Source of the DNA: Histomonas meleagridis 2922-C6/04-290x
Lineage: Eukaryota; Protista; Parabasalia
Reading direction: 5' to 3'
Assembly: GCA_020184695.1 (NCBI GenBank)
Contig: JAANOX010000003.1
Location: 62,001-126,000, forward strand
DNA: 64,000 nucleotides
Below, in pieces: positions 32,713 to 42,041 of this stretch. Both the position numbers and the translations under genes were made by a program. The stretch's first letter is position 1. Every line of letters starts with the position of its first letter. A model generated the notes under the pieces. It was not told where the DNA came from. It did not search any database and saw nothing but the letters and a program-made list of their open reading frames with translations.

Positions 32713-34467
32713 ATGGAACATTCTCCAAACCCAGAACATGATTTAGAAATTTTTGATGTTATTCTACGCATAATCACGCAAAAACCAATAGAATCTAATA
32801 CTACAGAAGAAATCACAAATATATTAACAGTCGCTTATTCTGATCGTGCTGTTATGGTAAAATCATGGATTGAAAGGCACATAATGGTTGGAATACACCT
32901 TAATCCCAATTCTGATTTTAATAGACAAATTGATCAAGGTCCACATCCAAAATCAAAAGAAGCTATTGCATTCAGAGAATTTTGGGGCGAAAAATCCACT
33001 CTTAGGCGTTTTCAAGATGGAGCTCTTTTAGAATCACTTGAATGGGGAGAAGATCCTTTTAATGAACTTACTCTTTATGCTCTTCAAAAGCATTTTTCAT
33101 CCGATGTTAAGGTTGAATCTGCCCCTAGTGATGTTTCTCCTCTTTTCCAATTACCAGGTCATCAAGCAAACATCCCATCACCACTTGGTGCATATGATGA
33201 ACTTGTTACGACACTTCGTTCACTTGATCTTACAGTTGGTATCACATCCACTTCACCCATTTCACCATTTCTTCGCAATACTTCTGTTTTTCCTTATGAT
33301 CCACTTAATTGCAAATCACCACTTACCACATTATGTCCTCCGTCGATCAAAATTCTTGTTAAGCTTGAATCTTCCACAGCGTGGCCCTATGAATTAACTC
33401 CACTTCTTCAATATAAGATTGCAGTATATATTGAAATTGCCAAACTTCTAAATGAAAAAGGTATTCAATCAAAGCCACACTATGAAGGTGTCCACATCCT
33501 ACTTCATGGCTTTGTCTTTGACCTCATTGCATTTCATGAAGATGAGATGCGTCACTTTTTGGGGTCCCCCCATGGTGACAAAGTTCATTTTACAGAGAAA
33601 GTATTAGTTATACATCATTCATTTATATCAGCTTTATGTACACGTTATCCATCATTTAGTGACTCTGTACGTACAAGTATTCGTTGGGTTCGTTCTAAAG
33701 GTGTAACATCAGAAGCATTATCACAAGAAGCGATTGAATGCATTGTAGCATCCATTTATACCTCCGAAATTATACCAACTAATCCATACACTGGCTTTCT
33801 CCGATTTCTTTGTATCTTTGCGTCTAAACAGAATGTTATTTCTATCAATAGTACAATTCCTGCGTCAGATACCACTGATTTACCATTAGTTATTGTTGCA
33901 CAACATTGTATCCATTCCGAATTTACACGAAATTGTATATTACTCACAAAGTCTGTTGTCTCATTTTTATATGCAGCAGCATCACAATCATTAAAAATAG
34001 CAATCGATGGAAGGTTCTCACCTACAAATCGTAACTTACAACGAATCTTTGCTATTCCGACAAGTCATTGGCATGTTAAATATTTCATTGACATGAAAAT
34101 ACTTCCACATAATGAATTCGCTTTGTTTACAAATAAGAGAAGAATTGGAATGTTCGAAATTAAAACAAAGATTCCGCCCGAATTAGACGCATTATACGTC
34201 GACTTTAACCCGGTTTTAAGTCTGCTGAAAGAATTGTACGGAAGGTTCGGAAGGATTTTGAACTTTTGGTATGACGAACTAGGTGGATTTGCATTCGGAG
34301 TTTCGTATTCAGACGAATTGTTGAAGAGTAAGCCGCTGAAGGAAGATGACTTAAACTTTGCAATGATGACAGATACGGGAGATATATGTGTAGACTTGGA
34401 TTCTATCAAACAACAAATTATGATAATGGGTAGTAATATTATTAAGAACTTTGAGGTAAGTGAATGA
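32713..34467 (+). CDS. UTP22: Nrap/Utp22 (NOL6) family protein, C-terminal domains only (584 aa)
   Basis: AFREFWGEKSTLRRFQDGALLESLEW, PIKILVKLESSTAWP, RWVRSK and DFNPV...L...YG are Nrap-family motifs. Confidence 0.8.
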   Translation: MEHSPNPEHDLEIFDVILRIITQKPIESNTTEEITNILTVAYSDRAVMVKSWIERHIMVGIHLNPNSDFNRQIDQGPHPKSKEAIAFREFWGEKSTLRRFQDGALLESLEWGEDPFNELTLYALQKHFSSDVKVESAPSDVSPLFQLPGHQANIPSPLGAYDELVTTLRSLDLTVGITSTSPISPFLRNTSVFPYDPLNCKSPLTTLCPPSIKILVKLESSTAWPYELTPLLQYKIAVYIEIAKLLNEKGIQSKPHYEGVHILLHGFVFDLIAFHEDEMRHFLGSPHGDKVHFTEKVLVIHHSFISALCTRYPSFSDSVRTSIRWVRSKGVTSEALSQEAIECIVASIYTSEIIPTNPYTGFLRFLCIFASKQNVISINSTIPASDTTDLPLVIVAQHCIHSEFTRNCILLTKSVVSFLYAAASQSLKIAIDGRFSPTNRNLQRIFAIPTSHWHVKYFIDMKILPHNEFALFTNKRRIGMFEIKTKIPPELDALYVDFNPVLSLLKELYGRFGRILNFWYDELGGFAFGVSYSDELLKSKPLKEDDLNFAMMTDTGDICVDLDSIKQQIMIMGSNIIKNFEVSE

Positions 34468-34481
34468 AATAATTATAAATT
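34456..34481. repeat. 26-bp direct repeat (copy 1; copy 2 at 36980-37005), start of a short tandem duplication
   Basis: gtaagtgaatgaaataattataaatt occurs at 34456-34481 (overlapping the Nrap stop) and at 36980-37005. Confidence 0.85.
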
Positions 34482-34587
34482 ATATTATTTTTTGAATAAA
34501 TATTAATTAATTTAGAAATTTATTGTATTAATTTTTTATTTCTTCGTTCTTGATAAAGCACTGTAAACCAAATGGCGAAAAAAAAAG

Positions 34588-34703
34588 GGGCAATCGCTTA
34601 ATAACACGCGACTTTTTCTGAGGAAATTTGAATGCTTTATTCCCACTTTTGGGTACATCCATGAGAAAAGGAAAAATAACACACCACTTTTTGTGTGATT
34701 TAT
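34588..34703 (+). repeat. MULE terminal inverted repeat (left)
   Basis: gggcaatcgcttaataacacgcgactttttctgaggaaatttgaatgc...ttttgtgtgatttat is the reverse complement of 36806-36921. Confidence 0.92.
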
Positions 34704-34934
34704 TTTGGCATTAAAGCAAGTCATCTTGTAGCATTTTTAAATAAAAACATGGTGAAACATTCATTTGTGAACGCAACGGCGACTTTTTAAAAAGGAGAAT
34801 TTGGAATTCCAACAGTTTACAAAGGATTCTCGAATATGCTTATTCTCACATGATTTATGATGTTCTTTTCTCATGAACTGTTAAACTGTATATTCACATT
34901 TTTGATATTATGAGTTTAATATATTAAGTTTTTA

Positions 34935-36782
34935 TTAAGTAGCTAAAACATTTTTTGGACATCTAGGTGCAGTATGAGTATCACCTCCACATATACTGCA
35001 ACGATATTTTCTCTTCACTTTTGGAGCGCCTGCTTTATCCACATTGTTTCTTGGATATCTTGAAGGCGCTCCAAAAATCTGTATGTGTTCTGGTGGAAGA
35101 ATATCTCCATCTTCTCCTGTTTCATGTTCAAGCGAGCATAAATCATTTAAGGCTTTGTCTAGAATATTTCTAATTACAAGAGATCGATTCGCGAGGGAGA
35201 AAAAACGTTCAAATTTATCAATGCAATTACTGTAACTCCAATTGTTTCCTTTGTTTTTTGGCCGTAAATATCTATCAATGGTATTGGGATTATCTGTTTT
35301 ATTTTCGTCAGTGATTATCCATCTACAAGGTATGTCATTGATTGTTAAGAGTGGGTTCTTATCTTCTTTAATTCTCATTAGAATAAGGTGTTTACGAGGG
35401 AGATTGTATAATGTATGATTTTTGCAGCAGGTCTCAGAGTATGGAATAGACAATACACCATTTAGTTTGAGGTCCATATATTCAGAGAATATCATTGCTG
35501 AAGCAAATGTACCGAGTTTTTTCGAATCTTCTTTGCTCATTAATTCTTGTGGGATAATTGTTAATTTATCACTCTTAGATAATATTCTAAGTCTTTCACC
35601 TTCTAAATAAATTGCATATACAAGATTCCCTAATGTTACAATTTTATGTTCTAGTAAATTCTTGAGACTTCCAAAAAAACCTTCAACTCGATTTGATGTT
35701 GTATTATCGCAATGTATATATTTTGAAATTATACTTGGTAGCCACTTATCCTGATCCTCTAATAAGTTTTGTAACAAACGCGATCCTTTTGTTTTTGGAT
35801 GTTCATTCACATAATTATTACATGCATTGATAAATTCTTCTTCAGAAATTTCTTGTATTTGAAACTTATGAAATAAATCACACATTTCTTGCCCTGCCTT
35901 TTGTCGAAGATTACGAGAAATGTGAACACTGCAAAATATAATTTTGCAAAATGGAAAGACAAATTTCAGTGCTTTGGCTCGTGTTTTGTTTCGATCGCAG
36001 ATAAAGGAACTGATATCACCTATTTTTTGTTTGATTTTTACAAAATAATTTAGAAATTCATTCTTTGTTCGTGAGCATATTATTGCAAAAGATAATACTT
36101 GGTTTCGACCATTTTGATCCTTACTAATCATTAATAAAAGAGGGAGGTGATAGTAATTTGTACAACTTGTATCGTCGATAATGCACAGATCATTAGCCTT
36201 TTTTTCAGACATAATAGGTTCGTGAAATACATAACATCCATTAAAACGCTTATTTTCATCTATTATTATTTTGTTGCACCAATTATTTCCATTTTTCATT
36301 TGATCAAGCAATTCATCCATTTCATGGTCTCGAATGTGGTTTAAGATCTCTCTTCTTGTATTGTATAATACATATTTCGAACAAACCAATCCTTGTTTGA
36401 TGCGAATGTTATAAGCCGATAATCCTTGTAATGTTGAATCTCTGATTTTCGTTTTTTGTGTTTCGCTTAGTTGATTTCTTTCTTTTCCGTTGTATGATGC
36501 AGAAATTTCATGTGTGTGGTTTAAATCGCAAGAATCGAATTGTGCTAATTGTGTTTCGGGGTTGTAAAGAATCCTAAGGCATGCATTGCAATTATAGATT
36601 GTTCGATACTGTCTACAGCAGAAAAGTTGCATTGATCTTGATTCACCTGTTGATCTAGGAACATATTGGCACTTATATTGATCAGAAATCTCGCGCACCC
36701 GTTGAACAAAAGCATGTACATCTTCAAAGAATGCATTGTCAAGACGAGTAAATGCTTCTATGAGCTCAGGAGGAGTCTCCAT
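34935..36782 (-). CDS. MULE transposase (615 aa) with SWIM-like and C-terminal zinc-knuckle motifs
   Basis: Candidate DDE motifs IIDDTS / FICDRN / NRVEGFF, CSVHISRN, and CSICGGDTHTAPRC. The track start at 36881 lies inside the TIR; the ATG at 36782 (METPPEL) is the likelier start. Confidence 0.88.
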   Translation of the reverse strand: METPPELIEAFTRLDNAFFEDVHAFVQRVREISDQYKCQYVPRSTGESRSMQLFCCRQYRTIYNCNACLRILYNPETQLAQFDSCDLNHTHEISASYNGKERNQLSETQKTKIRDSTLQGLSAYNIRIKQGLVCSKYVLYNTRREILNHIRDHEMDELLDQMKNGNNWCNKIIIDENKRFNGCYVFHEPIMSEKKANDLCIIDDTSCTNYYHLPLLLMISKDQNGRNQVLSFAIICSRTKNEFLNYFVKIKQKIGDISSFICDRNKTRAKALKFVFPFCKIIFCSVHISRNLRQKAGQEMCDLFHKFQIQEISEEEFINACNNYVNEHPKTKGSRLLQNLLEDQDKWLPSIISKYIHCDNTTSNRVEGFFGSLKNLLEHKIVTLGNLVYAIYLEGERLRILSKSDKLTIIPQELMSKEDSKKLGTFASAMIFSEYMDLKLNGVLSIPYSETCCKNHTLYNLPRKHLILMRIKEDKNPLLTINDIPCRWIITDENKTDNPNTIDRYLRPKNKGNNWSYSNCIDKFERFFSLANRSLVIRNILDKALNDLCSLEHETGEDGDILPPEHIQIFGAPSRYPRNNVDKAGAPKVKRKYRCSICGGDTHTAPRCPKNVLAT

Positions 36783-36805
36783 TGCACTGATTTGGATGAA
36801 ACATG

Positions 36806-36921
36806 ATAAATCACACAAAAAGTGGCGTGTTATTTTTCCCTTTTGCATGGATGTACCCAAAAGTGAGAATAAAGCATTCAAATTTCCTCAGAAAAAGTCG
36901 CGTGTCATTAAGCAATTCTCC
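36806..36921 (-). repeat. MULE terminal inverted repeat (right)
   Basis: Reverse complement of the left TIR. Confidence 0.92.
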
Positions 36922-37237
36922 AAAAAAAAGTAAAAAACTTTAACATCAAGAAAATTTAAGTATCAAATTCAGATTGTATGTAAGTGAATGAAATAATTAT
37001 AAATTTTATTTTTATGGAGTATTGAAAAATTCTACCTCGTGCTTTGTGTAAGACGTTCTATTGATTTTAAAATTTGATTTTAACATATTTAGATCATTTC
37101 AATGAATGTTTCAGGAATTTTTCCTTCTTCATTCATAATAAAGCGCTGTAAACCAGATGGTAAAGAAATATTAAAAAACTTTTTTATTATAATTTTTACA
37201 TCAAAGAAGAAGAACATTTCAAATCAAACAAAGAACT

Positions 37238-38413
37238 TTATTTTTTATTTAAATTGTTTGCTAAACAGCCGGGACAATTTTGGAGTGTATTATGAATAAA
37301 ATTGTCACAGTCTGCACAAAACACATTTCCACAGTCTTGACAAATGTATACCTCCTCACTCCCAAATCTTTCGTTACATCCGAAACATGCGAATTCACTT
37401 TTTGGACTCCTTTTTTCATATGGCAAAATTGGTCTTAAATGATGTTGTGCACGAATTAAATGACCAGCAGAGAACAACAAATGTCCACAGCACGGACAAA
37501 ATGTAGGCAAATCAAACACACGTGTCCCACATTGTGGACATTGGATATTTGTCACTTTTGGTAACGGCGGGTTATTTCTATCATGAAAAACTTTATCCAA
37601 TTGAAATGCAGGCAAATCATACGTTGTCTTAGGAAACCCAAACGGTAAAAATTGCATTTTTTGCGTTTTGTCAACCCACCCCGGCGGTTGCACGAAAGAT
37701 AGGAGTATATCGTCCAAATGTTCTGTCGACGTGGGAATTAAATACAAGCCATTATTTGATGCTGCAATCCGTTTAAGGAAATCAAGCTCAGCATTAAAGC
37801 CAATGCACGAAGCTACGCAAGGAGGAGATTGACATAGAAGATCAATGGATTCTTGTAATGGCTTCGGATCACATGTTCGCATTGAACCATAAAAGAAGAG
37901 GATTTCTTTGGTGGAACATTTGACTGTTGCACGAAGAAGAGAAGTCGCAACGACAATTGAATTATAAATTGAAGGCTCGCCTGATGCATTGATATCAGAA
38001 AGTGTATCTAATGCATGAATATGTTGCTTAATGTCACGTGATAATGGAGTTAAAATCGTTGCACGATAATTATATGTGGAAACTATGGAAAGCATTGAAA
38101 GAGGATTTTCATCGAAAAATGATGTAATAAAATTAGTTAAAGATTTGACAATTATTGAAATTCGTGATTGACCAAATTGTCGAGGGGCTAATGCTGTTTC
38201 TGTTATATCAATAACTACTACAAGTGCACGAATAAGACCACGTCTCTTTCCTAAAAGATCATGCTTTTTTTTAGCTGTTTCACTATTAAATTCTCTAGTT
38301 CCAGTTTCAGAAACTAATTGACCATTTTCATTTATTTTAAATCCATCCCATGGTGTACCTGTTTGTTCCCATTTGCGCATTGTTGTTACTTCAGTTAATT
38401 CGCCTTCATCCAT
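37238..38413 (-). CDS. SSL1: TFIIH subunit p44/Ssl1 (GTF2H2)
   Basis: vWA domain (RRGLIRALVVVID, NPLS, GEPSI), C4 finger (CPQCGTRVFDLPTFCPCCG) and C-terminal finger (CFGC...CQDC...FCADCDNFIH...CPGC). Confidence 0.93.
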   Translation of the reverse strand: MDEGELTEVTTMRKWEQTGTPWDGFKINENGQLVSETGTREFNSETAKKKHDLLGKRRGLIRALVVVIDITETALAPRQFGQSRISIIVKSLTNFITSFFDENPLSMLSIVSTYNYRATILTPLSRDIKQHIHALDTLSDINASGEPSIYNSIVVATSLLRATVKCSTKEILFFYGSMRTCDPKPLQESIDLLCQSPPCVASCIGFNAELDFLKRIAASNNGLYLIPTSTEHLDDILLSFVQPPGWVDKTQKMQFLPFGFPKTTYDLPAFQLDKVFHDRNNPPLPKVTNIQCPQCGTRVFDLPTFCPCCGHLLFSAGHLIRAQHHLRPILPYEKRSPKSEFACFGCNERFGSEEVYICQDCGNVFCADCDNFIHNTLQNCPGCLANNLNKK

Positions 38414-38605
38414 GGTCTTTTGCTTCCGCGAGTTTTGGGGAACCCCGATTACATAAAAGTGTCAATTGACTTTTTGTATTGATTGGAAAGTGACTATTTT
38501 GAGACGTTTATTTGTTTCGACTTTTGATAAGGAAGGTCAAATAATGTATTCAAAATGACTTCGGAAGGTTATGGTGTATTCAAAATATGTGAGATGACTA
38601 AATTT

Positions 38606-38611
38606 TCATTT
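38606..38611 (+). promoter_or_regulatory. Inr-like TCATTT upstream of the amylase ATG
   Basis: TCATTT ends 6 nt before ATG 38618, as expected for the short 5' UTRs of trichomonads. Confidence 0.4.
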
Positions 38612-38617
38612 TATAAA

Positions 38618-40591
38618 ATGGAAGAGTTGCAAAACGAACCATTACTTTCAAATAGAGAAATAGAAGAACCAAAGGAGAAAAGTTCTTTTCTTAAGAAAGC
38701 AATTCTTGGAATTTGTCTTGGAATTGGTCTTGTCTCGGGTGTTTTGATTGGATATGTCGCATTCGGTCGTTCATCAGATTCAAGCAAAACAACTACATAT
38801 CAAAGTACAACAAACTCTATTGGTAATTATTATCTTAATGCATCAAATAGTGATTGTTCAACATTCGAAGTTCCATCTTGTCAAAGCAGCTCAGGTGACA
38901 TGGATAGCAAATGGGCCACTCATCTCTGGAATACACCAAAACGTGGTACAGAAGGTTGGAAGAAAGGTTATCAAGATATGAGCACTCTTGTTGGTTATGC
39001 ACAACTTCAATACAATGCAGATCGTACATCTTGCACTGTAACAATTTACACAAAAACACATCATGATCTTTCTCTCACATATTATTTCGATGGCGTTTCC
39101 CAATCAGATCCTTCTAAGACATATGACTCCTCATACAAAGGACTCCTTAAAGTAAAAGTTGTAGCCGCTACAGGCGAAACACTTGAACTTGATGAAATCG
39201 ATTTCATTTGGAATGTCGAACCACTTAAAGAAAGAAACGGTGATTATCGCAATGGACAAAAAGGTGCAATTGTAGAAATGTTTGGTTGGCCAGATGATGA
39301 TATTGCAGAAGAATGCAAAGTTATTGCTGAAGCAGGTTATCTTGGTGTTAAACTTTTCCCACATCAAGAACAAGTTATGTCCACACAACCAATGGAGAAC
39401 GAACTTAATCCATGGTACTTCATGTATCAACCAGTCTCATATCGTTTACAAGGACGTGCAGGAACACGTACACAACTTCGTAACATGATTAAGAAGTGTC
39501 GTTCATATGGATTACGTGTTTATGCGGATGCAGTTGTTAATCATATGTCAGGCTCCGGTAATGATGCACAAGATCATCGTAATCCAGGCGCAGGCTGTAC
39601 ATATTGGCCTGGCAAGCAATCATCTGATGAAGAAAATCAATCACCATATTATACACCAGGTTACACATATAAATATAACTCATGGGGCGAGCCATCTAAT
39701 GTACTCGAATATCCAGCTGTACCATATGGACCAATGGACTTCCATTGCGACAAATCATTAAATTCATGGACTGATCCAAACATAATGAACACTGGTTGGC
39801 TCACTGGTTTAACAGATCTTGACACAAGCAAAGAATTTGTTCGCACACGTATTGCCGATTATTTTGTTGATCTTTTGTCCATCGGATTTTCTGGCTTTAG
39901 GGTTGATGCAGCTAAACATATTCATCCAATTGACTTAGCAGCGATCTTCGCTAAGTTCAAGCAAAGGTTAGGCGGTTCATATCCAGTCGACTTCTTCACG
40001 TGGCTCGAAGTTATCACTGGCGGCGAATCACAACTTTTAGTTGGTGATTCCGATTATTCATACACAACATATTTCACTAACCAACTTAAGTCACAAGGAT
40101 TAACAGACACCGAAATCAATCAAATTAAGATTTGGTGGAGTGGTTATCCTAATGAACCAGATAATGATGGCGGAAGGTTATCGCGCATTAGGAAAGTTAT
40201 CCAAAATGATGATCACGACCAACAAAACGATGGCTCATCATCACGCGATATGCATGACAAAGGATGCGTACTCGTTAAAGGATGTGATCCGAACACACAT
40301 AGAATGCACGAAATCAAATTGTTCACTGATCCTTATGGCGGCGCTGATAATGATAACGATTACCCAATTCGAATGTTGTTGTCTTCGTATTACTTCAAGG
40401 ATGGCGTGAAGGCGATTCCTGACGGTAAATCTGATTGCAGCAAGTGTGTAACGACATGCGAATCATGCAGATCAAGGGCTTATGCAAAGGCGTATGTCGC
40501 TGATGCACAAGCTTACGCAGGAAGTGACTACACAAGAGTTCACAGAGATTCTCAAATCATTGCTGCAATGAGAAGCTGGATGCACATTTAA
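38618..40591 (+). CDS. GH13 alpha-amylase with an N-terminal membrane anchor
   Basis: Conserved regions YQPVSY, DAVVNHM, GFRVDAAKHI (nucleophile D), WLEV (E) and NDDHD (D). TM segment AILGICLGIGLVSGVLIGYVAFG. The ATG at 38618 (after the Inr) is preferred over 38555. Confidence 0.9.
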   Translation: MEELQNEPLLSNREIEEPKEKSSFLKKAILGICLGIGLVSGVLIGYVAFGRSSDSSKTTTYQSTTNSIGNYYLNASNSDCSTFEVPSCQSSSGDMDSKWATHLWNTPKRGTEGWKKGYQDMSTLVGYAQLQYNADRTSCTVTIYTKTHHDLSLTYYFDGVSQSDPSKTYDSSYKGLLKVKVVAATGETLELDEIDFIWNVEPLKERNGDYRNGQKGAIVEMFGWPDDDIAEECKVIAEAGYLGVKLFPHQEQVMSTQPMENELNPWYFMYQPVSYRLQGRAGTRTQLRNMIKKCRSYGLRVYADAVVNHMSGSGNDAQDHRNPGAGCTYWPGKQSSDEENQSPYYTPGYTYKYNSWGEPSNVLEYPAVPYGPMDFHCDKSLNSWTDPNIMNTGWLTGLTDLDTSKEFVRTRIADYFVDLLSIGFSGFRVDAAKHIHPIDLAAIFAKFKQRLGGSYPVDFFTWLEVITGGESQLLVGDSDYSYTTYFTNQLKSQGLTDTEINQIKIWWSGYPNEPDNDGGRLSRIRKVIQNDDHDQQNDGSSSRDMHDKGCVLVKGCDPNTHRMHEIKLFTDPYGGADNDNDYPIRMLLSSYYFKDGVKAIPDGKSDCSKCVTTCESCRSRAYAKAYVADAQAYAGSDYTRVHRDSQIIAAMRSWMHI

Positions 40592-40800
40592 ATATTTATA
40601 TTAATAAATGAATGATAATTTTATCTTTGATTTTTTCTCAATGAAATAATGTAAATAGAAATTATAATGAAGCACATGATAATATGAATTTTAAATCAAT
40701 TTTCTAATATCATAAATTTGTTTCATCATTGTTTAGATTTTAGATTGACGGTTTGATATTGACCCTTATAAACGGTTGCTTTTAATAAAAGTGCATTTAT

Positions 40801-42000
40801 ATGATTAGCATCGAATATGATCAAAGTGATGGATATTTCTCAAAGTTAATATCACTCGAAAAAATTATTTTTAATTTGGACACAAAAAATATTGACGAAT
40901 CAACACAATCAATTTATGATTTATTTGGCGCAAAATATCTTAATTCTGTTTTGTTGGTTATTAGTCAATTAATTTATTCATCTTTTTCTTCACAGAGAAA
41001 AGATTTTAATCTTTATTTTATGTTTTTAAAAGCATTAGATATCAAATATGAAAAGATAACAAAATATCGAACAATAAATATTTTTATTAAATATCTTCAA
41101 TCTCTTAAATCTCAAGAATCAAATTATCTTCTAGTGAAAATGTTTGAACAAAACATGATTGATATTAATGTTTTAATCAAGAAACAATGTTTATATTTTG
41201 TGCATTATACAAAAATTGATGACATTGAAGATGATTTTTCCGATATCTTCAGAAGAGATATTAAAATATTTAGAAAGAATAATTGGGCACTTCATAAGAA
41301 ATATATTGAAGAAGGACATAGTCCGAACGAAATCGCTAAAATAATTCGAAATGATGAAGAAAAGAAACTTCAAGAAATATCATCACAAACAAATTTTGAT
41401 TTTAACCAAACAATTGAACCATCACTTTATGAAATATATTCATTTATTAACAAAAGAGGTGTTACATTAATTGATTATGCAGCATTTTTTGGATCAGTTA
41501 AATGTTTTAAATTTTTGTTATTAAATGGCTCTAACTTAAAAAATACATTTAAATATGCAATTGCAGGTGATAACCTTGAGATAATTCATTTATGTGAACA
41601 AAATCATGTATCATCTAAAGATGTTTGTAAAACTGCAATTAAGCTTCATAAAAGTGATGTTTTTGAATATTTTAAAGGAGACTTAAGTTATTCAAACAGA
41701 TTTGAAGAAAAATGTTTTTTAAATAATTCTTATGGAATTCTTTCTCATTTACTAAGTGAAGGAAGTTTGTTTGTTTCAAAACATTTTATTAAAAAACTAT
41801 TAAAAAAAGGTAATTTGTTAGTCATTAAAAATTTTAAAAATTATAATTTTTCCGATATTCTTCTTTATTATTCAATTGTAGAATCTGGTAATGTTGAACT
41901 AGTTGAATACTTTATCAATAACAAAAATATTTTAAACCCTTACAGTATAAATGAAACGAATATTAATTTGTTTTGTTTGGTATTTGTTTCTATGTTTTAG
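40801..42000 (+). CDS. DUF3447-type ankyrin protein, N-terminal ORF (continues into cassette array C)
   Basis: Contains HKKYIEEGHSPNEIAKIIRND...LIDYAAFFGSVKCFKFLL...IIHLCEQ. It ends in an ankyrin core (SINETNI) and then runs into a 77-nt spacer. Confidence 0.85.
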   Translation: MISIEYDQSDGYFSKLISLEKIIFNLDTKNIDESTQSIYDLFGAKYLNSVLLVISQLIYSSFSSQRKDFNLYFMFLKALDIKYEKITKYRTINIFIKYLQSLKSQESNYLLVKMFEQNMIDINVLIKKQCLYFVHYTKIDDIEDDFSDIFRRDIKIFRKNNWALHKKYIEEGHSPNEIAKIIRNDEEKKLQEISSQTNFDFNQTIEPSLYEIYSFINKRGVTLIDYAAFFGSVKCFKFLLLNGSNLKNTFKYAIAGDNLEIIHLCEQNHVSSKDVCKTAIKLHKSDVFEYFKGDLSYSNRFEEKCFLNNSYGILSHLLSEGSLFVSKHFIKKLLKKGNLLVIKNFKNYNFSDILLYYSIVESGNVELVEYFINNKNILNPYSINETNINLFCLVFVSMF

Positions 42001-42041
42001 AAATTCAATCAAATATTTGGAGATCATTGAGGTTATTTAAA

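Larger units (their letters stand above)
34588..36921 (-). mobile_element. Complete Mutator-like (MULE) DNA transposon, 2334 bp
   Basis: 116-bp TIRs (34588-34703 and 36806-36921, about 9 mismatches). 9-bp TSD AAAAAAAAG at 34579-34587 and 36922-36930. Single transposase ORF. Confidence 0.92.

Noticed and set aside
36783-36881. N-terminal 33 aa of the transposase ORF as called by the track
   Set aside because: Most of this stretch lies within the right TIR. The ATG at 36782 is the more plausible start.
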